Part shown: positions 1 to 15,680 of the stretch, piece by piece | How positions within the stretch are numbered: the stretch's first letter is position 1 | How the letters are laid out: the number at the start of each line of letters is the position of its first letter | NCBI GenBank assembly: GCA_951406725.2 | Contig: OX597823.1 | Span: 40,548,001 to 40,612,000, forward strand | Source of the DNA: Octopus vulgaris | Lineage: Eukaryota | Length of the DNA stretch: 64,000 bases | Direction of reading: 5' to 3' | The notes under the pieces: generated by a model | The model's database searches: none | What the model was told of the DNA's origin: nothing | The model's input: the letters and a program-made list of their open reading frames with translations, nothing else | Position numbers and translations under genes: made by a program

Positions 1-437
1 TAATAATAAAAGAAGAAGAAAAGAAAATATATAAAAACAAAGAATGATGGGAGGAAAATAACAGAAGCAAAAACAACATTAATACAAGAAAACAAGAAAA
101 GTGGGGTGGGGGTTAGGGAAGGGGAAGGAGGATACAAAATAATGGGAAAAAAAGATGAAAGAGAAAGGTTAGAAATAAAATGTGATTGAATAAAGAATAT
201 GAAAGAATGAAGAATAAAAGAAAGAGGTGAAATGATAATGGGGGGGGGGGGGTGAGAGTGGGGAAGAACAATAGAAGAAAAAATACTCTTACACTCCCTC
301 ACTACACACAATTTTTTAATGCGTATGTGGAAATATATGTGAGTGTACATATGCATATACATACACACATGCAAACATAAACGCATATATATATACATAC
401 ATACGTATATATATATACATAAACATACATACATACC

Positions 438-531
<94 letters not shown>

Positions 532-899
532 TATACGCGTAAGTACGTACAAGTACACACGCACGTATTTGATGCACATATATAGCTATTTCTGTCTAAG
601 GTATAAATATATATATATATATATGTGTGTGTGTTTGTGTGTGTGTATGTGTGTGTGTGTGGTGGGGTATGTAAACGAACATATATGCATATTGACATAA
701 ACAACAAACATGTATGTATACGTACCAAAAATACGCCACGCCAATAACATCGTCATCACAGTCTACAGTGCACGTTACTAACACACAAGGTGGCGCTGTG
801 TAACAAATTGTTAATATTCTGGTACAGTCTTCGTTTTGTATTCGTCTCTATCATATGCTGAATCAATTGAAACTATTACTGTGTCAACAGGCGTTCTGT

Positions 900-1105
900 A
901 CGTGACCGTTCAACCTGTTAGAAACAGCAACCTAATGTCTTACAAATAATATCATTCGGCTGTAAAACTGGACACGAAGGATATTGCTGTTGGGGTGGCG
1001 GAATCTAAAAAAAGGGTTGTGATGGTAAGGGCTGGATTACTGATGATTATAGACCTGCTCTATCAAGGCTACAAGGCTGACATGGGGCTAAGCAGTAACA
1101 ACAAA
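900..1105 (+). mobile_element. Dispersed repeat family D (ends in GGGGCTAA + (CAA)n)
   Basis: CTGTTAGAAACAGCA...GACCTGCTC...TGGGGCTAAGCAG; related copies at ~2060-2165, 10585-10760, 16730-16925, 17950-18130, 41690-41880. Confidence 0.55.
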
Positions 1106-2281
1106 GAGTGAGATCGCAGGCATTCTTCTTGGATTTATAATTTATATCCTGGAATCAGCACGAAAACCATATCCCAGAAACAGCTGTAAAGAAAGGCCTG
1201 CACGTTCCATTTCTTTGCTTGGAAGTTTTTGAACAATGATTCCCATGATTCTTACTCACCTATCTCTGTTGAACTAACGCGAAGGCCTACTTAAATTCTA
1301 TTCTATCCCATCAACATCCTTAATGTAGAAACCTTTTGGATTTATACCTGTCTGTGAAGAATCACAACGAACTTTCACCTCTCTGAATTCCCTTATTTTT
1401 CTACTCACTTTTGTGTAGATGTTATAAATGGCATAATACCTTAGAAATAACTTATCGATTTTACTTAGCCCGGATCTTATCTACTCCATTCTTTAATTCT
1501 TGCATTCTTATTCGCACACCCGGCAGTGTCTAGTGCAATGAATGTGGGCAATAAAGTCTAACTGACCAGTATCAGATACCGCACATGAAACATTCTTGAT
1601 TTACTGAAATTTTCTCCCCTCCGAGAGAATGGTAAAGAAAATACCTTGTGGTAATTGCAAACAACTGAAAATGAGAAGGGGAGATAATCTCAAGAATAAT
1701 GAAATATCTGAAACTGACATATCATTACAGACTCTGATAAATTGTCGTTTCCGACTCTATAAGCGTCATCAGAACAACAATTGCTCACTTGAGTTCCAGA
1801 TACGTAAGACAAAGGCATATACAAAAATAGAAGACACGTTGTTTACATTCCTGTGTAAATATGTTGATACCCTTAATATTTCGTTTCAAGTCGTCCCTGA
1901 ACGGGCACACACGCGAAGAAAGATGTTCTAGCCATGACCATTCCTTAAAGATTCGCACCCCGATTCTTTTCAATCTTGAAATAGCCAGACAGTAGAAGCA
2001 GAGACAGTACTTTCTCCTCAGTGGCAATAAGTCCTATCTTTCATTTCAGAAGACCACCGTACTTCAGACTGCATTATGCTATATATCGTATTGCTCTTTC
2101 TAAGCTCGAACTTGGGTGTGATTCAAGAGATTTAGCTACTATTTTTAGCAGGTCGAGTAACAACGAATATGATCTTTTCTAGTTCTTTAAATATTCTTAA
2201 ATTTTCTAAGACCCAGGTGTCATATAAAAGAGAGCAAGAATGCAAAACTTAAGTAATATCTCACTACTTCAGTCAACAACA

Positions 2282-2821
2282 CAGTAATACCCCACTTTAT
2301 GAGGACCCGCTTTACGAGACCTCGGGTTTACGAGTTTTATTTTTCAAGCACAAGATCCAAATTTTGAACGAAATGCAAACGTTTCTATTACCATAACAAA
2401 TGCTTCTGCGTGTTACCGAGAAATTTATAGAAAGCGAAAAAAATCCTTTTAAGCAAACAACTCTGGACTTGATTTCTAAAAAGAAATTTACAAGTTTGTC
2501 CATGAGTGCTTGTGAAAATCAGCGATCACGTATACAAGTGATGGTGTGTGCGAGTCTAGTGCGCGTGAAAGTGATTCAGAAAACGATTATGATAATATAT
2601 TTTAATTATAAGTGACCTTGACATTCTTTTTGCTTTATATAAAATATTCTTTACATTCTACTTTTGCTTTATTGCCATTTATTTACGAGTATTACAAATT
2701 ATATACGTAAAATATTTTTCTGGGAACGAATTACGATTGTGAGATTATTGCCCTGTTTTACGAGTTTCACTTTACGAGCGGTCTCCGGGAACAAATTAAT
2801 TGGTATATCGAGGCATTTCTG
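2282..2821. mobile_element. Pogo/Tigger-like MITE
   Basis: Begins CAGTAATACCC, ends CGAGGCATTTCTG-TA; repeated TTTACGAG sub-terminal motifs at both ends and GGAACGAATTA motifs. Confidence 0.55.
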
Positions 2822-3157
2822 TATACATAATTATATTCTATAAAACCATAGTCAGGAGGTATGAATGGTGAGCATATATATATTTATTTAACCACGTGAC
2901 TTCCATGGGATTACGGCCGTTTCGCATCCTTCTTCTAAGTAATATTAATTTCAGTATAGAAACAACTAGGCGTACATGTTTGCATTAATATGTATGCTCA
3001 GCATTCACAAATTAGTGCAAATAAAGAAGGCTAGCTCATCAGATCTCTGGAACAACATGGTTACACCAATAATTCAACTCTGTGTTTTACATTGAGTATT
3101 ATTTCTCTTGCTCAAACCATGTCGATCAATAACGTTTCTTCAATGTCTGTGTTTGTG

Positions 3158-3215
<58 letters not shown>

Positions 3216-3381
3216 CTTATTTATCTGTCTGTCGGTTTGTCTGTCTGTCTGTCTATATAGGTGTACATGTATACGTAGGTGAGAAATATAGATATATTGA
3301 TTCTTTAATTATTCGCAAATAAGTAACGTTTTATGTCTACAAAAGATGAAAAATGCGCACACAAACAGGCATACACACACA

Positions 3382-3425
<44 letters not shown>

Positions 3426-3831
3426 CTCTCTCTCTCACTCTCTCTCTCTCACACACACATACACACTCATATGTACACCTTTTTTTAGTCTATAAGCGTA
3501 TAATATATCGTGATATACGTAGGTGTGTTTGCGTTTATAATAGGCATGTATGAGAAAACGCATATCTATGTATCTCAGTGCACGAAAAAAAAGAAACGAC
3601 GGAGTAAATATTTTCTGTAGCAAAGAACGAAGAAAGCAAGAATGAGGTGGTAGCGATGGTAGGGATGCAAATTTGGTTTTGTCGCAGACTAACAGATATT
3701 CTTAGAGTATTTACCTTAATCAGATATACATAATGCTACAGAAAGGTGAAGGTTATTATTACATTTCGTAGTATTCATGACACTGGTGTAGTGCGTGTGT
3801 GTTTATATGTATATGCACATAATATGGATGC

Positions 3832-3891
<60 letters not shown>

Positions 3892-3928
3892 ACATATATG
3901 TATATATGTGTACATATATATATATAAA

Positions 3929-3969
<41 letters not shown>

Positions 3970-4394
3970 AATATAATATATATATATATGCATATATATG
4001 TATGTGTTGTTTATGTATGTATATGTATGTGTCATATATTCATATTACTGTTGTATATGTGTGTATTGTAGATATGAGATTTCTATACAGACACACGTGC
4101 GCGCAAGAACCTCTCTATAGTGTTTTATGTGTAATACATATACACACTTAGAAAAAAGGTATTATACACTTAGCTATTTGTTATTCATGTGTGTGTATAT
4201 GGGTTTAATTCAGACAACTTATATCTATAAATTAGCATTCAATATTTATGGATATATGCCAATAAGTATGTTTATGTAAATCTCTGCCTGTCTCTCCTCC
4301 CTGCCTCTAAATCTCGATCGCTTTCCCTCTCTACATATAATGCATTAACCATAGTTATGTGAGTGTGCGTATATATGTATGTCTGCTCATACAA

Positions 4395-4453
<59 letters not shown>

Positions 4454-4577
4454 CACCCCCATGTATGTAAATACACGCGTCTATGTATATATTAAACTGT
4501 GTTTGTATATGTGTACATATTTATATATTTATATATACTCACGTGTATATATATATATGTATACATATATGTGTGTG

Positions 4578-4613
<36 letters not shown>

Positions 4614-5787
4614 CATACACACACACTCACACACACACGCGCACACACACACACAAACACATATATATGTACAAGCAGAATATCCAATGTTACCCCGGGT
4701 AACGGATATTTTTGTTGGCCCCTTTGTCAAAAATGTACAAGACTTAATCTTAAGACATGTATAGTGTGTAGCACATTATTTATATATATTGTATATCTGA
4801 AGCAAAAACATACTCTGGAACAAAAGACAATTTTCGGAGATGTTCTTGAAGAACAACGATCTTGTTTCGCTTTAAGCACTGACATGAAGATTGTCTTAAC
4901 ATATATCTGTCTGAAATGATGAATCAGTAGGAATGAATACATCTTAACCTTTGCAAAACCCGACATGAGATTCTTAAAAACTGCACATGTTTCATTGCAT
5001 TGATACGGTCGATCCATTTTACGACAGAGTAGAATGTGCATTCTTACTTTAAGATTAAAACACTATAGTAGGTACCTTAGAGGTTCCGGTGAAATTAGAA
5101 ACGCGTCTGAATAGTTGATAAAAGGATTTGGATCAGTAATTCTGTCAGCATACTTGAAGGATCAATGGTTCTTTGTTATTCAGCTAGTTGTCTTGTTACC
5201 ATAAACAACTTTTTTCTTCGAGGCCAATATTTCGATTTTCGGCAAATATCTTTGATCCTGGAACTTAAGAAAGACCTTCTTTCATGTCATCCATAAATAA
5301 ATTTTGCTAACCGTTCGCGTTTTTTTTTTTCATTCTTCGTAGTGTCTACGAAGTCAGAAACTAAACGACATTTGCTCAATGTGTGTATGCATGTGTGTGT
5401 GCGTATATATGTGTGTTATGTACGCGCGCGTGTGGATACTCGAGCATAATATAATGTGTGAGTCATTTTTAATTGCCTTGATGGTGTCCTGACGTTTTTG
5501 GACAACATACATGCTCTTGTCTGTTACGAGTAAAATCAACTTCAATAGCAGGTGGATCATTGGCGCGACCATACCACGTTCTTTTGGCTATTTATCTCTG
5601 TCAATCATTCACTGAATGTCCAAATTTGACTTATTCAGTAATTTATAATGATATGCATTATCTGCTGAAATAGTGTATCAAATCTGGTCCCCTTCAATTT
5701 CAACGGCATTCTCCTCGGTGCATAAACTGACAAAATAGTTGCAAATATTGTGTGCATGTATATAAGTGTATGTATGTATGTATGTGT

Positions 5788-6062
5788 GGAGGCACATGGC
5801 CTAGTGGTTAGAGCAGCGGACTCGCGATCGAGGGATCGCGGGTTCGAATCGCAGACCGGGTGATGTATGAGTTTATGAGCGAAACAACTAAGCTCCACGC
5901 GGCTCCGGCAGAAGGTGATGGCGAAATTTCTGGTGACTCTTTCGCCACAACTTTCTCTCACTCTTTCCTCCTGCATCTTGCAGCTCACCTGCGACGGACT
6001 GGCATCCCGTCCAGGTGGGGAACCTATACGCCAAGGAAACCGGAAAACTGGCCCAAATGAGA
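5788..6062 (+). mobile_element. tRNA-Arg-derived SINE (family A, OR-like), V-domain-like 3' part
   Basis: A box TGGCCTAGTGG, anticodon-like CTCGC, B box GGTTCGAATC; inside a (TATG)n tract. Confidence 0.85.
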
Positions 6063-6816
6063 AGGAACAAACAAACATGTATGTATGTATGTATGTATGT
6101 ATGTATGTATGTATGTATGTATGTATGTATGTATGTATAAATGTATGTATGTATGTATGTATGTATGTATGTATGTATGTATGTATAATTCTTTCTGCGG
6201 ACGGTTATCTCGATCTAGATAGAGCTAGAAATAATAGCAGCGTTCGATTTTTCTATCCAAAAGGTTTTTTAAACCGACACGGTATTATTTGGAACTTTAT
6301 CTACTTCGAGATCTACCGTTCTCAAACGTAATTATTTTAGGTTCACTCGAAGTTTATGAATTATTATGATGTCAAATATGTGTGTGTGTGTGTGTATTTA
6401 TATATATATGTATGTATGTGTGTGTGTATGTGTGTGTATATGTCTGTGTATATGTATTTATGTATGTACACACACACATATATATAAATATACATATACA
6501 TATATATGTCAACGACTATTGAAGAGGTTGCATTACGCAACGAAAATTTTAGAAAAAATAAATAAATGAGTGGAAATCTAACCGGTGAGTGTGTTAAGTA
6601 ATGAGGCACTAAAAGAGAATGACTCTCTCCAGTTACAATTGTATGAATGTATGTAAGGAATATATGTATATATTGTGAATGCTGAATATTGTAGCCGAGT
6701 GTGAGAATATTTACACACGCTCATCTATTTGTCAGAAATCGCTTTAGTTTCCTTCATACATAAATATGCGCGCACGCACGCGCGCACACGCACGCGCGCA
6801 CACGCACACACACACT

Positions 6817-6849
<33 letters not shown>

Positions 6850-7373
6850 ACACACGCAACAGATACTAAGGTATGTATATATACACACAGACATGAACAC
6901 ATGTCCACAAGTGTATTTTTAACAGCTTCTCGTGCTTGCTGCTGTATAAATGACATACGCACTCCCACTCCCCCACTAAAAACAAAAATATATGCATACA
7001 AAAACCCACATAGCCAATAATATATATCTTACACAAAACATGACAGGGTTCTTTAAGGAGTGCAATGCAGTCACATAAGATATACGTATAAGTACTGGTT
7101 TATATATAAACATAACATATAATTACAATACAACACGTTTGTCTGTGTGATTTATATATCAATATATACAACAGAGATGGCGGTGGTGTTGCAAATAAGT
7201 TTTGATGCTGATGGTGGACGTGGATGGGGAAGATGCAGATTGCAATATATAGATCTGTTAGTTTTCTGCTCTTTTGCTGCTTCGTTCTTTCTCCTACATT
7301 TTAAAGCACCAATACAAATTTGCATACACGCATGTACGATAAACACCCTCTCACACACTGATGTGTCATATAC

Positions 7374-7426
<53 letters not shown>

Positions 7427-7696
7427 GTATCTGTAAATATAAACCATCCGATTTTCTGAGTACCTCATTTCTTCTAATATATATATATATATATATGTAT
7501 GTACGTTATATATGCATGTTATGTACACATTACATATGCGGGTTTCATGTACATACATATTCATACCCACGCACACGTATATATATCTAAATACATACAT
7601 ATCCGTATATCATATATACGCAGGCATTTATACATATAAAGTATGCATATATTTTTAATATATCATATGGAAATTTTATAGTATCTAACATATCAC

Positions 7697-7730
<34 letters not shown>

Positions 7731-8255
7731 ATATAAATATATATTCATACATATTTACATACGTACATATATATATATATATATATATTTATGCGTGCGT
7801 ATGTGTTTACACACACACACACATGTATATATGAATACTTTTAAATATGGGTATTTATGTATGCATAGTTAAGCGCACTTTATTTCAATGTTTGCTTTCT
7901 CAGCAATATTCACAAAGGTAATACGTATTGAGGCTTACGCAGAGCTAAATGCTATCATGTGCTCACACACGTACGCATTTACTCACACTCACCGACACAG
8001 AAACACACACGCAAGCGCCCGCACACACACACACACACACACGTACATACATGCACAAACGCCTCGAGTGTATTTGCCCTTATATATATATATCTGTGTG
8101 TGTGTATCTGTGTGTTAACCGGAACAGCACCAGTCACTTCCAATATATACTCATCTGATACTGAGTCAATATAAGGATTATGTGACGTTATTTAGATGTA
8201 GTTTTGCTTGGCTGTATATAGCAATAAATGTGTAACTACCCCAATACACAAACAA

Positions 8256-8292
<37 letters not shown>

Positions 8293-8514
8293 CAGCGCGT
8301 GCGTATGTCTGTGTGTTTGTGTAAGTGAGTGGGCTGTATGTCTGTGTGTGCATCTGGTATCCATAAGTAAGACAGCACTTAAGCAGGTTTTATATTCCCA
8401 AACTTGACACAGATTTATGAAAAACAACAACAGCAACACGCACAAATATAAACAACACACACACACACACACACATACATATGTGTACGTGTACATATCT
8501 TATGAAGACACACG

Positions 8515-8624
8515 CAACTACAACCACAACGACGACAACAACAACAACAACGATAATAATAATATTAATAATAATAATAATAACAACAACAACAACAACG
8601 ACGATGATGATGATGATGATGATA

Positions 8625-8680
<56 letters not shown>

Positions 8681-8681
8681 A

Positions 8682-8726
<45 letters not shown>

Positions 8727-8752
8727 TTGATGGTGATGGTGGTGGTGACGAT
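8515..8752. repeat. Compound trinucleotide microsatellite (AAC/AAT/GAT)
   Basis: Directly visible. Confidence 0.95.
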
Positions 8753-8977
8753 GATTACTTTGACAATATTTACTGCCACGTTTATCACAGTCACACTGAA
8801 AGATCATTTTCAAATTCTAACGCATGCGTATCTTTTGCGAGTTTTTTTTTTTCTTTTTCTTTCGATTCTACTTCGATGACATTCAACCGTGATAACTGTG
8901 TATTCTTCAAAATCTTTCACCTCTAACTCTAAAGCCGAAAGTAAATCATTTTATTTACACACGACTTGGATCTTTTA

Positions 8978-9020
<43 letters not shown>

Positions 9021-9339
9021 GCACACGCATTCGCACCGGTTTTACATATTTCTAACTCCATTAGCTGGAACCAGTTATTCGCAGGTGATTTCACATCTTG
9101 ACAGAAATCAGAAAGCTATATCTTTGTGAAGGCAAGATGTATTGTTGATAGATATGATTTTAGCACATGAGTTGCCCTTATGTTATCCCTTTGAAATTAT
9201 AAATACAGGTTTGGATAAGAGACACGGGCAAAAATTAAATTAGATAAACCAATAAGCTTGGTTTTCTCTCGTTTCTTTTATCCCAACCGTCTTCTATCAT
9301 TCTTATAACCCTTTTGTTGCATTAGCCACGAAGCCTGTA

Positions 9340-9508
9340 GTTTCGCGGGAGTCGATTACTTCGATTCCAGTACTAAACTGGTACTTATTTTATCGACCCC
9401 GAAAGAGAAAGTCGAACTTGGCTGCATCTGAACTCACAACGCAAAGCCAGATTAAATGTCACTAAGCATTATATACAGTGTGCTACCGATTCAGCCAGGT
9501 CGCCGCCT
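9340..9508 (-). mobile_element. SINE family B, decayed
   Basis: GGTACTTATTTTATCGACCCCGAAAG...TCGCCGCC. Confidence 0.7.
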
Positions 9509-10023
9509 TTTTATCACTCTTATAATAAATGTATATTTATATATTTTGTCTCATGACCCAATGAAATTACAAAAATACTATCTTATTTAGAGTTATCACC
9601 CTTTGCTTTTGGTTACCATATATCTATTTTTTGTGTGTCTGTTCCTGTAATTTTCTAAATTTCAGTATAAAGCCAATAGCAAACCGATATAGATTTTCGT
9701 TTCCAGACTGTTCAAAGCAAAATCTGTTACAAAAACAGTATTTGTATTTGCAAATCGACGAAGTTTTCTTTCTAAGTTTTCCCTTTTATCTTCATTTCAT
9801 GTCTTCATTTCTTTGTTATTTTCAATACATTTAAATAAGTATTTGCCGTTATTATGAACGGTAAGGATATACTAGTTAGTTAATCAAACTACTCTGACGA
9901 AGATTGCCTAATCCTGGATACTGGTAAAAATGTAAAAATATACTAAAACTCACAGTCACAGACAGACAGACCGACACACACACAGAGGCACACGTATACA
10001 CATAACTATATTCATTACTTATT

Positions 10024-10257
10024 GAAGGCGGCGAGCTGGCAGAAACGTTAGCACGGCGGGCGAAATGCGTTGCCGTATTTCGTCTGCCGTTACGTTCCGA
10101 GTTCAAATTCCGCCGAGGTCGACTTTGCCTTTCATCCTTCCGGGGTCGATAAATTAAGTAACAGTTACGCACTGGGGTCGATGTAATCGACTTAATCCGT
10201 TTGTCTGTCCTTGTTTGTCTCCTCTGTGTTTAGCCCCTTGTGGGTAGTAAAGAAATA
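10024..10257 (+). mobile_element. SINE family B, full length
   Basis: GGCGGCGAGCTGGCAGAA head, GAGTTCAAATTCC B box, GCCTTTCATCCTTCCGGGGTCGATAAA central block; 16-bp TSD TATATTCATTACTTAT (10007-22, 10258-73). Confidence 0.9.
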
Positions 10258-11079
10258 TATATTCATTACTTATAACACACACACGATAGGAATTACATTT
10301 AATATAACTCGTTCAAGTTATTAGGACACCAAACCTCTCTCCAAAGGTGTTTAATATTATTAAAAACGACAATATCCCGCACACAAAGGAGGGAACTTCA
10401 ACGAAATGATTTGATAGAAATTTGTGAGCAATATTGATAATACAAATTGGAATGGAAGTGGTACTAAAATCCAATCTGTTTCTTGTAATTTGACAGTGAC
10501 GAGCTTTCTAGCAATTATGCGGCCCCGTTCTAACGGGCGTCAGATATTGATAGAGTTTAGATACTGAGTTACCTCAAGATGGTTGTCGCTGTTTAGTCTT
10601 GGTTAACTATATTTAAGCCAACGGTGAACATCCCGTCTCTTTGCATATCAGCGGCTGACATTGTCCGATGTGTCCTTTATTTCAAACGACAGGAGTTGAT
10701 TTCATGGATATTTGGTTACTATTTTTAACATCTTGAGCTACCACTTAGAGGCTCAGTTGGCTTAGATTTCGCTTACTGAGGTAATTAATGAAGTATTAAA
10801 TTCTAAGCTAAGGAGGTCTCCTCCTTTGATTGTATTATGAAATATAAATACCATCTATTAGTTAGGGTTGAACAGCAATACTCATGGGACTTTATACTCA
10901 CAAATGAAATCGGGTTTTCGTTAGTAACGACGTCTAATTAGGTAACTACGATGCATAACGTATTAACACCTGAAATTTTTTCTCTAGCATAAGAGCTCAT
11001 AAGGTTATCCGGTTTCCATGGTGTGGTCAAAATCCCAACATACCTCTTGAACGGAACGATAGTCAGTTACAGGGACCGT

Positions 11080-11232
11080 CGAAGCAATTTTGTGGGGAAG
11101 AGGGGAGTCGATTATATCGACCCCTCTCCCTGTCCTCAGTACTTGACTGGCATTTTATATTGTCGACCCGGAAAGGATGAAAGGCAAAGCTGACCTCGGT
11201 GGGATTTGAACTCAGAACGTAAAGAGTCGGAA
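11080..11232 (-). mobile_element. SINE family B, partial
   Basis: GACCCGGAAAGGATGAAAGGCAAAG...GATTTGAACTCAGAACG. Confidence 0.75.
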
Positions 11233-13080
11233 GAATATTTTTACAATTTTGTTTTATACAATTTCTAATAATATTCAATTATAGATATATATTATGATTC
11301 AGTAAACAGGGAATGACCATGGGGGTACGCCAGAGTAAAATAGGAATCACATGAGGTCCATAGATATAAAATGGCTGAGAATTACTGCTTTAAACTGATG
11401 GTTTGGTGCGAATGAACGGTATGTGTGATTTGATGGCGTAGTAAGGTGTGAAATAATAGTGTATTGTAATCTGATGCTATGGTATAAACGGATGGTATGG
11501 CAATGAGATCAGATTGTATGGAGTGATTGGAAGGTATGATTTAATCTGGTCGTATGTTGTGCTTCGATGGTACGGTGTAATTGGAAGGTATGGCTTAATG
11601 TGATGGCACAGTGTGGATGGCATGGTATGAACTGATGGTGTGTCGATGGTATTGTTCGAGTTGTCTGCGATGATGACGAGATTTCTTGTTTTAGGTTGCA
11701 GTTGAGGTTAATTCGGTGGATCAGATATTAGGGGGTTCTGCCGTAGGTGAGAATCTGGAGCATAGGATAGGGAGGGCAAGTGAGGAGAGACGGTGGGTGA
11801 TGGGTTTGATATTGATGCTGCTTATGTGTGAAAATTTGCTGCAATGGAAGAAACATGAATAGAAAATATTGGAAATGTGTGATTGATAGAATGACAGAGA
11901 GTAAAACAATTAAAATAAAATAAAATAAAATAAAATAAATAGATAAATAAACAAAGAAGCGAACAAATAAAGAGAAAGAATACATGAAAGAATTAAAGGA
12001 AGAAAGAAATGAAAGCGCTTTATGAAAACAAATAAATGCAATGAAAGGGGTGAAAAAAATTTGATAAAGGCGCAAAGAAAAGAGTGGAGAATGAAAAATA
12101 AAAACCAATGAAATGAAGAAAAGAATGAATGAAAGATTTACTAAAGAGCAGAGAGAGGAAGGGAGAGAGAAAGGAAGAGAGAGAAGAAGGGAGATAAGAG
12201 AGAAAGAAAGTAGAAGAGGAAAAGAGAGGAGGACAGAGAGATACAAAGGTGGTGATGGGGATTGATCGTTTCAGTGATGTGAAGATGTTGGTTTTCCGGA
12301 TATTTAGTTTGATGGACACGGCGATGTTGTTGATGTTACTTGTTTCTTAGCAACAGAGTATTTCAACAGAAGAAAAGCAACCGTGATGGGGATGTAGGCA
12401 GCGGCTATAACAGCAACAACAAAAACTAAAAGAAAACAAAAACAAAAGCAAAAACAAAACACCCCCCCACAAAAAAACAAAAAAAAACAAAAACGGGAAC
12501 GACAACAACAGTAACAATAGTATCGGCATCCTTGTCGTAGTCACCGTCATTAACTTGGGGCAAGTCGAGACTGTTGTTATAATTATCGTCGTTATCCTAA
12601 CCATCGTCATAAACATCAAAAGTCATTATCCTTATGGTCAATCATTTGTCATCATAATCATCACCGTCGTCTGTCATTATTGTTATGTCTTCAACAATGT
12701 TATCACCAAACCCTTCTTCGTTATCATCGTCAGCATAATATTCGTCATAAATTTCATCGTCATAACCAACATTTCATTATCACACTCTATTCATTCCTCT
12801 CTACCGTTATCATAACCATCGCCGCCATCATCATCTTCGTCGTCGTGTTATCGTCCTCGCCATCATAGCATTGTTGCCGTCATAATCATCACCATCTTCA
12901 TCGTCGACACAGCCGCCGTCATCCTCATCACCTCCATTGTTATGGTTCGTTGCATCTCTACTATTTCTCTTTGCAGAGACCTATTCTTCATACCAACACC
13001 GGTACCAGCTCTATCCTGTCTTAATAAATTTTCAAATTCATTTTTGGTCTCTTTTCTTCTGTATTTCTTTAGATGTCTAA

Positions 13081-13113
<33 letters not shown>

Positions 13114-13647
13114 AATTGTCGTCATCATCATCTGCCATCAGTTTTGTCATGATTATCGTCATCATCGTTGTATTCATAAACCACTTTCCCGTCCCATCAT
13201 CATCATAATCAGCATAATATTATTCATAATTTTCATCAATTATATATTTTTATTTTCCCATTCTTTCATTAAAAATTTAAAAATCGATATCGACGCAGAC
13301 ATAGCTGTTTGATAAATAGTTCTCTTTCAAACCACATGGTTCAATCCCCTTGCGTGGCACCTAGAGCAATTGTTTTGTACTTGGGTTGACCAAAGCCTTG
13401 TGAGTGGATTTGGTAGATAGAAACTGAAAGAAGCCCATCACACACAAATTCCAAATACTAAAACAACTGTGCCTTTCCAATCCCACGTTTTTTTGAAGCA
13501 GAAAACTCTAAAAAAAAATAATTATCCATATGTTATAAGGAAGCATGGCTGAAACGAGTAAAAGAATAAAAGGATAAAATAATTAGTACCAGTTTGGAAA
13601 GTAGACAGAGTTAATTATAAATGGTCATATTTTAACGAGGGTCGGGG

Positions 13648-13835
13648 ACAGTGGGTGGCTTAGTGGTTAGGATGCTAGACTCATGATCATAAGATTGCGG
13701 TTTCAAATCCTGGACTGGGGAACGCTTTGTGTTTTTGAGTAAAATATTTCATTTCAGGTTGCTCCCGTCCACTCAGCAAAAATGAATAATCCTGTGAAGG
13801 ACCGGCGCTACGGAAACCGAGAAACTGGTCCTAAG
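13648..13835 (+). mobile_element. Decayed tRNA-derived SINE
   Basis: TGGCTTAGTGGTTAGG A box, GGTTTCAAATCC B box, CGGAAACCGAGAAACTGG tail as in the 5788 copy. Confidence 0.65.
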
Positions 13836-13869
13836 AATCTGTATATCCTGGGAAAGATCCTTATCTATT

Positions 13870-14065
13870 GAGGCGGTAAGCTGGCGGAATCGTTAGCACG
13901 CCGGGGAAAATGCTTAGCGGCATTTCGTCCTTGTTTACATTCTGAGTTCAAATTCCACCGAGGTTGACTTAGCCTTTCAACCTTTCGCAGTCGGTAAAAT
14001 AAGTACCAACGATTTGATCGACTTACCTCTATCCCAAACTTCCTGTGCTAAAATTTGAAGCCAAT
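13870..14065 (+). mobile_element. SINE family B
   Basis: GAGGCGGTAAGCTGGCGGAATCGTTAGCACGCC head and central block. Confidence 0.8.
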
Positions 14066-14211
14066 ATATTAGTTGTGTGTGTGTGATGTCTTAATGAAAT
14101 TTGATTGATGTAAATCCACATATGCGTGACACATATATACGAACTTACATCAGCTCGTATATATATATAAAGACACACACACACGAACTTATATCAGTTC
14201 GTATACACAAA

Positions 14212-14257
<46 letters not shown>

Positions 14258-15542
14258 AACTGAGTTCGCGTTAACGCGTCTTCCTGTTTGAGTGCGTGTC
14301 ATCTCGATCTGTATGCACCCAATATGTTTGTATATACATATATATTTGTTATATACTTATGTATATGTATAAATATATATGTGTGTCTGTGTATGTGTAC
14401 ATATAAGCACACACATATATATCTATATCTATATATAGATAGAAAGAGACATCTGTGTGCGTCTGTATATATATATATGTGTGTATAAATCTGTTTATAA
14501 ATACACACACGTTGGTATATATGCACGCAGGAGCCTGTGGGCGCGCGTGTATATAATTATCTATTTATACATACAAATAGAAAAGTATGATTAAGTTCCC
14601 TGGAATAATTTCCTGTTTTTCGGCCGAGAATACCTTACTGAACAAAGAGAGCCGCTTGCACTCTTCTGAGACTCTGAGACAATTTCACAAATAGCAAATA
14701 GAAAAAGACTTCGACCAATATTGGATTTTGATTTAAAGGCATTTACTTTGTTTTATGTTGTTTATATGTTGTTTGTTGTTTGTTTGTATCAACATGTCGT
14801 AAAAGAAGTCTTAGATGCTTGGTTTGCCAAAGAAACGTCTCTCCAACTCTCTCCCCTCTACTCATTGCTTTACCATTCTTCCAGTTATGTTGCGAAACAA
14901 TTTCCATTAACATTCGGACTTCGACATCAATCCTATCAATGATACTTGACATCAACAACTAATTTTCCTATAACATAAATTCTCACACACACACACATAC
15001 ACGCACACACACACAAACACACACTTCATATGTGTATTCATTATATATGAATATACGTTATACGTATATAAATATATAAATACATTGAGTGTGTGTATAT
15101 TTATACACATATTAAAGTGTGTGTGTGTGTGTGCGTATTTGTGTGTATTTATATGCACACATACATATTTATATGTGCATATCTATATGGCATACATACA
15201 GACATATATATATATATCCGTTATATGTATTTGCTTTTTCCTTTCTACATTATATATAACTATATGAATTAAATATATCCACTATATATGATTAGATATT
15301 GCACATATACACTCGTATGTTATCGCTTTGCTTCTATATTCCATATATAAATACAATAAATGCATATAAACTTCATATACATTTAAATATGTGTACACAC
15401 ACTCTCTCTTTCTCTCTCTCTCTCTCCCACGCACAATAACATTATAGACTGTACACAGCCACATTTATGTATATTCGTCAAATTCTCTTTTATGCCATGC
15501 CTTCCGATACTAAAAAGTACATCAACATTTATTATACACTCA

Positions 15543-15680
<138 letters not shown>

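Noticed and set aside
5683-5700. TGGTCCCCTTCAA, matching part of miR-133
   Set aside because: The 3' half of the mature sequence differs and no adequate hairpin precursor forms.
5788-5860. tRNA-Arg gene
   Set aside because: No proper acceptor stem or terminator; continues into a multi-copy SINE body.
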